From Patescibacteria group bacterium (GTDB lineage Bacteria > Patescibacteriota > Gracilibacteria > UBA1369 > PNNO01): a DNA stretch of 64,000 nucleotides. The notes under the pieces are model-generated. The model made no database searches. It saw nothing but the letters and a program-made list of their open reading frames with translations, and was not told the origin of the DNA. The position numbers and the translations under genes are program-made. Positions 54,123-63,373 of the stretch are shown piece by piece. The stretch is taken from contig JBHPIO010000007.1 in assembly GCA_042568575.1 (NCBI GenBank), positions 275-64,274 of the forward strand, given 5' to 3'. How positions within the stretch are numbered: the first letter of the stretch is position 1; every line of letters starts with the position of its first letter.

Positions 54123-54194
54123 TTAGCAAAAAAGTACAAGGAGTGAACGTGGGGGTTGTTCGGGCTCTCAGTTGTACGGTTGGGCAGACATATC

Positions 54195-54530
54195 TTATTC
54201 TGATAGACCTTCTAAGAAAGCTAGAACCACCAAGAAGGTAATTGGTACAATTGACCATACAAATACAAATGGGGAAGGATAAAAAATATACAATACGATA
54301 CAACCAGCCCCCAAAATCCATTTCCAGGCCTGACGCCTTCTTGTGAAAAACATTGAGCCAATTAAAGCTAATCCAAGTGTCATAAAATTTAATGGCCACC
54401 ATGAAATCCTATACATCACATCCAATAATTGTACAATCAAAACTGACAGCAAAAGTATGGTTCCAAGCATTGGATTATAAGGTATGGAAATCTCAATCGA
54501 CCGATCATTTGTCGCCATCACTACGCTCAT
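54195..54530 (-). CDS. hypothetical membrane protein
   Basis: 111 aa with 3 hydrophobic helices. Preferred over the overlapping ORF at 53965-54402. Confidence 0.5.
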   Translation of the reverse strand: MSVVMATNDRSIEISIPYNPMLGTILLLSVLIVQLLDVMYRISWWPLNFMTLGLALIGSMFFTRRRQAWKWILGAGCIVLYIFYPSPFVFVWSIVPITFLVVLAFLEGLSE

Positions 54531-54732
54531 ATCTCACTTCTCTTTCTCAGAGATGATTCTCCGCTTCTTCCATTTAAAATACTTAAATAAGAGAAGTCGG
54601 GAATCACCTTATTGAGATAAAAGATAATACGTTCACTCCACTTTTTTACCAATTATTTTGTATTTTCAAAGAACAGGAGGCAGATAATACCAGCCATAGT
54701 CCTTTTCGTCAAGAAGTGCCGCTTTGAAACAC

Positions 54733-55812
54733 CTACTCCCACTGCAAACCACCCTGGAAATTAACAACTGATACCCACGTATTCCCCTCTTCAAACTTCA
54801 ACTCAACATCATTTTCATCATAGAATTTCAAAGTATCTTGGCTATTTAGCTTACTCCACGTTCCTGAATGAACTTTTCCGTTTCTAAACAAATACATTGA
54901 ACCGCTTCCTTCTGTTTTTAAATATAAACGACCTTCTTCGTCTGTTGGATAATAATTTGTAATCATAACTACAACATTTGCAGCTGTAATCTGAGTTTCT
55001 GTTGCATGATCAATATGGGGTGCGCCAGCCTGATTTCTTTCGTACACATCGTTTTCTTCATCATAATCGTATCGCACGAAATACTGCGGGAAAGGATAGT
55101 AAATATGAACCGTATCAGCACTGTAAGCCTCTTCACCTAATGGATCATCTATCTCTTGTTCACCAAAAGTAACAAAAGGATCTTCAATTGGCTTATCCCA
55201 CCCTCTATCGTCCATTAGCTCCCTAAGCTCTTCCAAATTTGCAAAAAGATTGTGAGGCGCATAATACGTATAATCACGTATGAAATATTCATCAGCTCCT
55301 TCAAGGGCAAGACCTTCTAGGTCGTAAGCTCTTCCACTATTATATATTGCAGACAATCCCATATCGCTTCCACCTGCATGTGCAAGGGCACTATCAAATT
55401 GTTCTGCCCAACGTACAAAATAAGGACGCACACTACGAACAGGTCCTACTTTTTCTGTATTTTGATATGGATAAAACGCAAGAAAGCGAGTAATACCACC
55501 TTCTGCTTCTGTTTCAAAAACTAGACTCGCCTCTGCCAAACCCGACATCTGACGACGGGAATCTGTATGATTCTCAATCATAACGGCTATCATTTTCTCT
55601 TCCTCTACCTCTATTGGCTGAGCATCAATTAAAGAAAGTACTGAATCTTCCTCGATAACAGCAACATCTGATTCTGTTTCAACAGCCTCTTCAGACATAA
55701 CCTCTGAAGCAGGTTTTGGTAATGAAAAAATGAATACCCAAATAATGATAACGATAAGCAATGGTACTGCAATAGCAGCTGCAATAAGAATGTTGCGCTT
55801 CTTGTTGTCCAT
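54733..55812 (-). CDS. DUF3048-domain protein (YerB-like)
   Basis: N-terminal anchor, then VMIENHTDSRRQMSGLAEASLVFETEAEGGITRFLAFY and VRSVRPYFV, typical of DUF3048. Confidence 0.78.
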   Translation of the reverse strand: MDNKKRNILIAAAIAVPLLIVIIIWVFIFSLPKPASEVMSEEAVETESDVAVIEEDSVLSLIDAQPIEVEEEKMIAVMIENHTDSRRQMSGLAEASLVFETEAEGGITRFLAFYPYQNTEKVGPVRSVRPYFVRWAEQFDSALAHAGGSDMGLSAIYNSGRAYDLEGLALEGADEYFIRDYTYYAPHNLFANLEELRELMDDRGWDKPIEDPFVTFGEQEIDDPLGEEAYSADTVHIYYPFPQYFVRYDYDEENDVYERNQAGAPHIDHATETQITAANVVVMITNYYPTDEEGRLYLKTEGSGSMYLFRNGKVHSGTWSKLNSQDTLKFYDENDVELKFEEGNTWVSVVNFQGGLQWE

Positions 55813-55821
55813 AAAAAAGGT

Positions 55822-56520
55822 TTATGCTTCTTTTTCCTTATTTCCTGAATCTCCTTCGCCTCCTTCTTTAGCACCCTCTTCTTTCTTAGCTTCTCCGCCT
55901 TCTGCTGGAGCTTCACCCTCAGCACCTTCTTCGCCTTCTGCAACTTCTTCTTCTGGTTCTTCTTCAACTTTCGGAGCAACAACTGTTGCAATAGTTAATT
56001 TTTCGTCATCAACTGCAACTGCCCCTTCAGGCATAGCAATATCACCAATATGAATTGATGAATGGAAGTCTTCAAGCCCTGAAATATCAAATTCAAGCTG
56101 CTTTGGAATGTTACGCGCAATACATTTAACTGTAAGCGTATCACGGTTTTGCATCAATGTACCCCCATCTTCACGTACAGCTTTTGATTCTCCAACTGCA
56201 ATAAGAGGAACTTCTGTTGTAACCTCTTTATCAAGATCAACAAATACAAAATCAATGTGTGTAAATTTATCTGTAACAGGATCATACTGAATATCGTGTA
56301 CAAGTACATTTATTTTATCCTTTCCATCTACCACAAGCTCGAGGACTGTATTCCCTCCGGCTTTTCCGTAAGTTCTTCTAAAACTTTGATATTCAACAAC
56401 CAAATTCTGGTTTTTCTTATTTGTCCCATAAAAATTAGCTGGGATTAGACCTGAAGTCCTAACTCCATTGGCCTTAATTCCCTCGTCGCGAGATTGTACT
56501 TCCAGTGTTATTGTGTCCAT
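55822..56520 (-). CDS. rplY: 50S ribosomal protein L25 / Ctc form with an acidic Gly/Glu/Ala-rich tail
   Basis: L25 N-domain (RDEGIKANGVRTSGLIPANFYG) plus the Ctc C-domain. The last 50 aa or so are E/G/A low complexity. Confidence 0.88.
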   Translation of the reverse strand: MDTITLEVQSRDEGIKANGVRTSGLIPANFYGTNKKNQNLVVEYQSFRRTYGKAGGNTVLELVVDGKDKINVLVHDIQYDPVTDKFTHIDFVFVDLDKEVTTEVPLIAVGESKAVREDGGTLMQNRDTLTVKCIARNIPKQLEFDISGLEDFHSSIHIGDIAMPEGAVAVDDEKLTIATVVAPKVEEEPEEEVAEGEEGAEGEAPAEGGEAKKEEGAKEGGEGDSGNKEKEA

Positions 56521-56669
56521 TTTAATTATTAATTATTGATTACTAATTGCTAATAAGCGTGCAAAGTTTAGCGAAAAAGGAAGCGAAGTGCAAGGGATTT
56601 TAGATCATACTTTACTAATTATTACCCACGAGCTATTATACGATTCGTGATACTAATAATTTTTACATT

Positions 56670-56963
56670 ATGAACAAATTCAAAGACCTATATAAACTTC
56701 AAAAACAAGCAAAACAAATTCAACAAAAACTTGTAAACACGCATGTTGAAGCGGAAGTTGAAGGTGTTACTGTGACAGTTAACGGAAAACAGGAAATTAT
56801 GTCGGTTGATATGACTGATGACGCATACGGAAACAAGAAAAAAGCTATGCAAAATGTAGTTAAAGCCCTAAACAAAGCAATCACAAGATCGCAGCAAATT
56901 GGCGCGGACGAAATGAAAGACGTCATGGGTGATATGGGGCTAGGAAATATGCCTGGAATGTAA
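56670..56963 (+). CDS. ybaB: YbaB/EbfC-family nucleoid-associated protein
   Basis: 97 aa with the (K)LQKQAKQIQQKL..VEAEVEGVTVTVNGKQEI pattern of YbaB. Confidence 0.85.
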   Translation: MNKFKDLYKLQKQAKQIQQKLVNTHVEAEVEGVTVTVNGKQEIMSVDMTDDAYGNKKKAMQNVVKALNKAITRSQQIGADEMKDVMGDMGLGNMPGM

Positions 56964-56973
56964 ACCAATCAAT

Positions 56974-57975
56974 ATGAAAAAAATTCTTGCAGGATTTATA
57001 ATCCTTCTGATAATTGGAGTTGGCTATATTTACTATACAATTTATATACCTGTTGATAGCAACGATACAGAAAATATATCGTTTGTTATTGATCGCGGAA
57101 GTAGCGTAAATGAAGTAACAAATGAACTTAAAGAAGAAGGCTTAATAAAGTGTAAGATTAGCTTTTATGGATACGTACGTTTATATGGTTTCGACACAAA
57201 AATTACTGCCGGAAGATACGTTTTAAACAAATCAATGGATGTTCCTGAAATTTTAGAAACAATTATGACTCCTACTCTTTCAGAAACCGTGGTTACTATT
57301 CAAGAAGGACTTACAATTAGTGATATTGACGATAAACTTACCGAACTTACATTAGTTCAAGATGGCGAATTTGAAGCTGCAGTTAAGCAATTCAACGAAT
57401 ATGAAACATATGATTTTTTAGATAGAGAAAAGATTGAGGATTTAGAATTTCCTCTAGAAGGATACCTCTATCCAGATACTTATTATGTTGATGCAATTGA
57501 TTTTAACAGCAACCGTCTTATCGAAAAAATGCTTAATAATTTTGAAACTAAATTTGCCACGGTTGAAGATTTGTTTGATGCACAAGATAAATCTTTGCAC
57601 GATATCATTACAATGTCTTCAATTCTGCAACGAGAAGTGAGAACAGAAAAGGATTTGGCAATTGTTGCTGGAATTTTATGGAAACGATTCGATTCTGGTT
57701 GGCACATTGGTGCTGACGCAACAATTTTATATGTAACCAAGAAAAAAACTATCGACGTAGAAGATCTTGAAGTTGATTCACCTTATAATACTAGGTTGCA
57801 TGTTGGAATGCCTCCTGGCCCTATAAGTAATCCTGATATTGAACATATCGAAGCTTCGATAATGCCCGAAGATAGCGATTATTGGTACTATCTTACAACT
57901 TTAGATACTGGAGAAGTTATATATGGGCGTAACAACGACGAGCATAATACGAATAAGGCTAAATACCTTTACTAG
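56974..57975 (+). CDS. mltG: endolytic murein transglycosylase MltG (YceG-like)
   Basis: N-terminal TM. Motifs EGYLYPDTY, SSILQREV and YNTRLHVGMPPGPISNP. Confidence 0.9.
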   Translation: MKKILAGFIILLIIGVGYIYYTIYIPVDSNDTENISFVIDRGSSVNEVTNELKEEGLIKCKISFYGYVRLYGFDTKITAGRYVLNKSMDVPEILETIMTPTLSETVVTIQEGLTISDIDDKLTELTLVQDGEFEAAVKQFNEYETYDFLDREKIEDLEFPLEGYLYPDTYYVDAIDFNSNRLIEKMLNNFETKFATVEDLFDAQDKSLHDIITMSSILQREVRTEKDLAIVAGILWKRFDSGWHIGADATILYVTKKKTIDVEDLEVDSPYNTRLHVGMPPGPISNPDIEHIEASIMPEDSDYWYYLTTLDTGEVIYGRNNDEHNTNKAKYLY

Positions 57976-58038
57976 TCTCAAAATCTTGCAAAATCTTTGA
58001 TTTGGAGTATCATTACGTCTCGATATTAATTTTTACGA

Positions 58039-60084
58039 ATGGATTCTTCCGAAAAAGTTGATGTTTTAAGTCTTGATCCACGAATCGCCGAGCTAATTGA
58101 ATTAATTAGTGAACATGAACAACGAGTGCTGGATGATCCAAGAGCACGCGGAGACGAACTCAGAGAGCCAACGGCAGTAAAGGCTTTATTGACAATCGAT
58201 CCTGAATTTGCAAAAAAGTATGCACGAGCAATGTTTGAAGCTTTTTTGGATACCATGGATTGTGGAGATTTAATGTACACTAAAAGATACGCTGCATCTT
58301 ATTTGGCAGAAGTTTGTAATGCAACAGAAATTCCTGAAAGCGATGATGAGAAATTAGCCTTTTTGACCAAGAAATTTGGAACAATGGGTGAAAGAGGAAC
58401 CCTGGGTTCTTTATTAAATTTAGTTATACAAAATCATCTAAGGAAAGATAAAGAATACAAAGCAACAGAGGCATCAAGAAAAACAGTTTTCGGTGTTATC
58501 GATCCAGAACGAGAAGCAATAAAAGAAGAATGGTGCGAATTAGTTGGAGAAATAATTGAAGGGTTTAAGGCACTTGATCAAGAAGAGTTTGCACATGATG
58601 ACTTAGAACAGCTCGCTTACGTTCTTGCCGAGACTATGAATAGACATTTCGCAGTAGATTCAAATAGATTGAATCAAAGAAACACTGAGTCTTCAAAAGA
58701 TATTTCCGCATTCATTTCACTTTTCATGGATAGAGCCAAAGATAGTGCAATAAATATACAAGAAGTTATAGAAATCCTTGCAGAGGTATTCAAAATTTAT
58801 CCAATGAATATAGGTAGCGTACTTCCCCACTTTGAATTACCACCTCCTGCAGCCTCACTAAAAGCAGTACAAGAAGCAGTGCCAGAATTCTCCGCATATG
58901 GACATCCGATGGGAGAAAAACCTTTAAGAGAACTGTTTGCTGAAGTTAATACATTGCGTATGAAACTTCATGGCCTAGAAGATAAAAAAATAGATCCAAA
59001 CGATATCGTTATTGGTGATGGAGGATCTGAATTGATTCAATATATAATGATCGCAATGCTTGAAGGAGAAGATAACGCAAGCGCTATAAGTCCACTATAT
59101 CCCCTATTTAGAGCTCAGGCAGATCAACAGGGCGTAGAAATAAGAACAGCGCCGCTAACAGTAACTCCAGATAATGAATTCGAACTGGCTATTGATCAAC
59201 TTGAAGCAAATATCGACACTAATACGAAAGTAATTTTCATAAATACACCAAATAATCCTTCCGGTGCAATATTGAGTGAACATCAAATGCGTAAAATATT
59301 TGGAATAGCTAAAAAATATGGCCTTCCTGTTGTGTCAGATGAAACATATCAGAATGACCACATCCTTTCTGTTGAGGAACCATATGTTTCAGCTCTAAGT
59401 TTTGCTTACGAATCTAAAGTACCCACAATTATAATTAGTTCATATTCAAAGCCCGAACAAGGTGGGAACTGTGCTTTAAGATTAGGTGCCGCAATGCGTA
59501 TCGATCCAAATGACAAGATCAAAGATATTTGGGAAACCGGACTTGGAAACTTAATGAGAGTTGTTGGATCACCGAATGTTCCGTCACAATTCTTTATGCA
59601 ACCAATTGAAGAAGCTAAAAGAGCTTTATTTGAAGCATTAGAAGGCGAAGATCTTGCAACCGAAAAGAAAGCTTTGCTTGCAAAAATACTTGCAGGCGAA
59701 GAAATCGAAGGAATGACGGAGCAAGACAAACAGATCTTATTACATTTTGAAACAACTCATACAGAACTTGAGAAAAGACGACAACTTGCAATTGATGTAT
59801 TTACAGATGATGAACAAAACGCGTGCAAAGCAATCCCTGCAGATGGAGCATTATATTTAATGGTCAAAGTTGAAGGCATTGAAAATGAAGCACAAGAGGA
59901 TGAATTTTTGCGTGGATTGAATACAAGAAAACGTGTTGATGCAACTAAGGTGTCAGGATTTAGTTATCCATTTAATGGATACATAAGACTAACAATCCTT
60001 CCAATACTCGAAGATATTGAAGAAGCTGGAAAAAGATTCGTTGAATATGCCAGAGAATGGCAAACAGCTAGAAAAGAGGCTTAA
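58039..60084 (+). CDS. class I/II PLP-dependent aminotransferase with a 250-aa N-terminal extension
   Basis: NTPNNPSGAIL and SYSKPEQGG..RLG (PLP-Lys) motifs lie in the C-terminal 430 aa or so. Residues 1-250 have no aminotransferase counterpart. Confidence 0.8.
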   Translation: MDSSEKVDVLSLDPRIAELIELISEHEQRVLDDPRARGDELREPTAVKALLTIDPEFAKKYARAMFEAFLDTMDCGDLMYTKRYAASYLAEVCNATEIPESDDEKLAFLTKKFGTMGERGTLGSLLNLVIQNHLRKDKEYKATEASRKTVFGVIDPEREAIKEEWCELVGEIIEGFKALDQEEFAHDDLEQLAYVLAETMNRHFAVDSNRLNQRNTESSKDISAFISLFMDRAKDSAINIQEVIEILAEVFKIYPMNIGSVLPHFELPPPAASLKAVQEAVPEFSAYGHPMGEKPLRELFAEVNTLRMKLHGLEDKKIDPNDIVIGDGGSELIQYIMIAMLEGEDNASAISPLYPLFRAQADQQGVEIRTAPLTVTPDNEFELAIDQLEANIDTNTKVIFINTPNNPSGAILSEHQMRKIFGIAKKYGLPVVSDETYQNDHILSVEEPYVSALSFAYESKVPTIIISSYSKPEQGGNCALRLGAAMRIDPNDKIKDIWETGLGNLMRVVGSPNVPSQFFMQPIEEAKRALFEALEGEDLATEKKALLAKILAGEEIEGMTEQDKQILLHFETTHTELEKRRQLAIDVFTDDEQNACKAIPADGALYLMVKVEGIENEAQEDEFLRGLNTRKRVDATKVSGFSYPFNGYIRLTILPILEDIEEAGKRFVEYAREWQTARKEA

Positions 60085-61607
60085 ACACCAGCATCTGCAG
60101 TAGCAGGTTCCTCAGAAACAGGTTCTTCAGCTGGTTTGTTATATGTAATCGTAACTTGAGTAGACTTTTCAGTTCCATCAGGAGCAACCGCGACAACAGT
60201 GTATGAATTTTCACCTGCATCCAGATTTCCAAGTGATTCTTTTGCATAATAAGTCCAAGTTGTGTCTCCTGGCTCAAATGCACTTAAAGTGTAGCCATTA
60301 ACAACCACCTTTTCAGCACCAGAAACAGATCCAGATACTTTCACAGTATCAACATCTACTTCGTTTGAAGCACCACCATTATATGTTTCAACTTCTGGCG
60401 TAGTTAAAGTTCCAAGATTCAAATCAGTTTCTTCATCTTCCTCATCATCTGCTGTAGGATCTTCTGTATCTTCCGCATCTTCTTCAGAACCATAAGTAAT
60501 AACTACATTAGTTTTAGCACTACGTTTTTCATCTTCACCAAGTGAGTAGAAAGCGTAAGTATTTTTTCCTGGTTCCATATTTCCTTTAGCATGCGAAATT
60601 GCAAAACTCCATTCAGTATTTCCAGGAACGTATAAGTTTAATTCATAAGTTTGACTTTCTCCACCAACAACTGCGTCAACCATCATCTTCTTTGTCTCTG
60701 CCGAAGTTGTTCCTCTAATAGATAATGATGATTCCGGTGTTGTGAAGTCTAACGTTGAAGGTACCGTAATTACAGGCTTTGGAAGATCCCCTTCTTCAAG
60801 GATTTCCGCATCTTCTGTAGCGCCGTCATCAAATAATGCGCTATCAAAAGTTCCACCTGAAATTGAATAATCAGTAGGATCTGAATCTTCAGACATATTC
60901 CATTTGTAGAATCCACTATTTCTAAATTCATCGGAAATAGCATCAATTACAGAAGGACTCTTTCTTTCAGCGTATTCTTTTAAAGCTTTATCAGTAAGAA
61001 GAGCTTCTTGCCCCACACCAATAGAAATTGATTCAACTTTTTTCTTTTGCCCATCCTCATCTACAAGGATATCAGCAACTATACTTCCTTTGATTACTCG
61101 AACCGCCTGAGCCGCATCTGTTTGCTCTACTTCATAGATAGTTGAAACTGTTTTTACAATAGTATTATCAGTTTTCACGACAAATTTAACAGGACTGTCT
61201 GATGTTTCATCATTATTAATCCAAATCTTTCCATCCAATAACATAACGCTAATCTCATAAACACCACCGCTTTCTTTAATCTCGCTAATAGAAATCTCAG
61301 ATTTTTCATCAACTCTTAAATAATGATCTTCAAAAAATTCAACTACAGTACGACCGCCTTTTTGGGTTTTAATAGAATCTCCCTGTAATAAACGTGTTCC
61401 ATTGTATGCTTTCTCCCACTCACCCGCTCCCCACGGCAAAATCTTTACATTTCCTTGTGCGGTATACATATATATATCTTTTTCATCTTCAGAAGGTTGC
61501 ACACTACTCCACAATTGATATGCGAGAACCACAATAACTCCGGCACAAATCATGATAAGAAAAGGCAGGATATAATCTATCGGCCTTTTACGAGGCATTC
61601 GAGGCAT
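60081..61607 (-). CDS. membrane-anchored FecR-like domain protein with two Ig-like repeats
   Basis: TM anchor (ILPFLIMICAGVIVVLAY). FecR-like segment (GTRLLQGDSIKTQKGGRTVVEFFEDHYLRVDEKSEISI). Acidic linker. Two related modules of about 95 aa ending ..VVITYG / ..VTITYN. Confidence 0.65.
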   Translation of the reverse strand: MPRMPRKRPIDYILPFLIMICAGVIVVLAYQLWSSVQPSEDEKDIYMYTAQGNVKILPWGAGEWEKAYNGTRLLQGDSIKTQKGGRTVVEFFEDHYLRVDEKSEISISEIKESGGVYEISVMLLDGKIWINNDETSDSPVKFVVKTDNTIVKTVSTIYEVEQTDAAQAVRVIKGSIVADILVDEDGQKKKVESISIGVGQEALLTDKALKEYAERKSPSVIDAISDEFRNSGFYKWNMSEDSDPTDYSISGGTFDSALFDDGATEDAEILEEGDLPKPVITVPSTLDFTTPESSLSIRGTTSAETKKMMVDAVVGGESQTYELNLYVPGNTEWSFAISHAKGNMEPGKNTYAFYSLGEDEKRSAKTNVVITYGSEEDAEDTEDPTADDEEDEETDLNLGTLTTPEVETYNGGASNEVDVDTVKVSGSVSGAEKVVVNGYTLSAFEPGDTTWTYYAKESLGNLDAGENSYTVVAVAPDGTEKSTQVTITYNKPAEEPVSEEPATADAGV

Positions 61608-61720
61608 AGTTTTATTTTTTTAAGAGAAGCAAACGTAACTTTAGAACATGGACAGTATAAAAATCCGATGGTTAAAAGTAAAGTTGATTACCAAAATATT
61701 GAACAAAAAAATTATACAAA

Positions 61721-63142
61721 CTATATCCCCATCTCCTTTTTAAGCGCAGTAACATCACGCATTAAACGATGATCCGTTTTTAGCTTTTGTGTAATTGTAT
61801 TGAAAGCATGAAGAACAGTCGTATGATTGCGTCCCCCAAAAGTTTCTCCAATTTTTTCGTATGAATGATCAAGCTCTCTTCTGATCAAATACATGCAAAT
61901 TTGCCTAGGAGTTAGAATTTCTTTCTTTCGAATCGGTCCAACAAGGTCGTTTGCCGAGATATTAAAATAGTGAGCTGTAGTAGTAATAATTTTTTGCATA
62001 GTACATGGAGAAATCGTGCTCGGAGAAAAACTTTTTCTTCCATGAATCTCCTGGATTTTATGTTGTGACTCAAGAATGTCAGATACAAGTGAGATATCAG
62101 GAGCAATATCATTCAAAGACGACTGAGAAATAACCTGCATAAGTACACCAATAAGGTCTCTCACATTTTTCTCGATATGGAAGGCAATAAATTCAAGAAC
62201 CTCCGGGTCAATCATGAACTGGAGATCGCGCACACGTTGATGCAAAATCGCAAGACGTGTTTCATAATCAGGAGGAAGAATTTCTACAACAGTACCCATT
62301 CCAAAACGTCCACGAAGACGTTCTTTAAATCCTTCAAGATCCCGAGGAGGACTGTCTGAACTCAAAATAATCTGTTTATTGTTTTCATATAAGTCGTTGA
62401 ACGTGTGAAAAAATTCCATCTGACTCATGTCTTTGTTTTCTAAAAACTGAATATCATCAAGAATGAAACAATCTACTGTTCTATATTTATCTTTAAACTG
62501 CTTTGTTCTTCTTTTTCCTATTGCTTCAACGATTTCATTAGTGAATTGTTCAGCAGTCATATAAACAACTCTAGAGTCAGGGTCGTTTTTAAGGATTTCT
62601 AGACCTGCTGCTTGCAAAAGGTGAGTCTTTCCTAGACCAACCCCTGAAAACACATATAAGGGATTGTAAATGCCTCCAGGCATGTTTGCAGCAGCGAGAC
62701 AAGCAGCGTGAGCAAGCTTATTATCTTTACCTACTACAAAGTTATCTAAAGAATATTTAATGCTTAGTTTTCGACTTGTAACACCACTTCCAAGATGAAC
62801 CTCATTTTTCCCTCTTACTTTACGAACCTTCTTTTCATCCGTTTCAACTAATAAAGACTTCATAGGCACCTTTAAAGGAGAATCTTCATGAGCCAAAGAA
62901 GAATGTACTTCATATGTTATTTCAGTAATAGATTCATCAACTTCCTGTGCAGCCTGAAGAATTTTTATACGATATTTATCCATCACCCATTTCTTTGCGA
63001 AAGGGGTTGGAAGACCGATTTTTAGTTTGTTTTCTTCTTTGTCCAGGATACCTGTGTCAGCGAACCATGTCATAAATGAAGGTAGTTTCATGGTCGGCTT
63101 TAGCCGCATAAGTATCTGTTTCCAAAGATCTTTGTTTGACAT
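61721..63142 (-). CDS. dnaA: chromosomal replication initiator protein DnaA
   Basis: AAA+ Walker A GVGLGKTHLL, Walker B FILDDIQF and the C-terminal DnaA-box-binding domain (LTPRQICMYLIRRE..GGRNHTTVLHA). ATG at 63140-63142 is preferred to the track start. Confidence 0.93.
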   Translation of the reverse strand: MSNKDLWKQILMRLKPTMKLPSFMTWFADTGILDKEENKLKIGLPTPFAKKWVMDKYRIKILQAAQEVDESITEITYEVHSSLAHEDSPLKVPMKSLLVETDEKKVRKVRGKNEVHLGSGVTSRKLSIKYSLDNFVVGKDNKLAHAACLAAANMPGGIYNPLYVFSGVGLGKTHLLQAAGLEILKNDPDSRVVYMTAEQFTNEIVEAIGKRRTKQFKDKYRTVDCFILDDIQFLENKDMSQMEFFHTFNDLYENNKQIILSSDSPPRDLEGFKERLRGRFGMGTVVEILPPDYETRLAILHQRVRDLQFMIDPEVLEFIAFHIEKNVRDLIGVLMQVISQSSLNDIAPDISLVSDILESQHKIQEIHGRKSFSPSTISPCTMQKIITTTAHYFNISANDLVGPIRKKEILTPRQICMYLIRRELDHSYEKIGETFGGRNHTTVLHAFNTITQKLKTDHRLMRDVTALKKEMGI

Positions 63143-63373
63143 AGGGGTTGCAAAAATAAGATAGGCTTTCGTTGGTTGGGCTCTAATATTAGTGGGACAT
63201 AAATTAAAAAACAAGACGATATAGAGCAACTTTTTTGAACCTATATATAGTTAAACATTGGATAATCAATACACAATATATTGAAATAAGAACTGTTTTA
63301 TAAAATATTTTAAAAATCCAGGCAATAAGTTTAGACCCTATCTTAAGTTTTAGCGCAACCCTTTTATAAAATC

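Noticed and set aside
54131-54190. Locally GC-rich 60 nt in a convergent intergenic gap (..ggagtgaacgtgggggttgttcgggctctcagttgtacgg..). Considered as a tRNA fragment or small RNA.
   Set aside because: No cloverleaf or T-arm could be drawn. An imperfect GTACAA..TTGTAC hairpin makes a bidirectional terminator the simplest reading. Too weak to annotate.
53965-54402. 145-aa minus-strand ORF spanning the 3' end of 53844-54122 and the 3' half of 54195-54530.
   Set aside because: It overlaps two better-formed ORFs, and its Cys/Arg/Phe-rich product has no domain logic.
56521-56669. SRP RNA (ffs/scr) upstream of ybaB, by analogy with the scr-dnaX-ybaB-recR arrangement in Firmicutes. The spacer contains GGAAGC.
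   Set aside because: No domain-IV hairpin can be drawn. gtgcaaag and gtgcaagg are direct repeats, not inverted ones. The spacer is more simply the divergent promoter region of L25 and ybaB.
63257-63265. attggataa as a DnaA box marking oriC.
   Set aside because: It is a single 7-of-9 match. One degenerate box is expected by chance in AT-rich DNA, so I have not annotated an origin.
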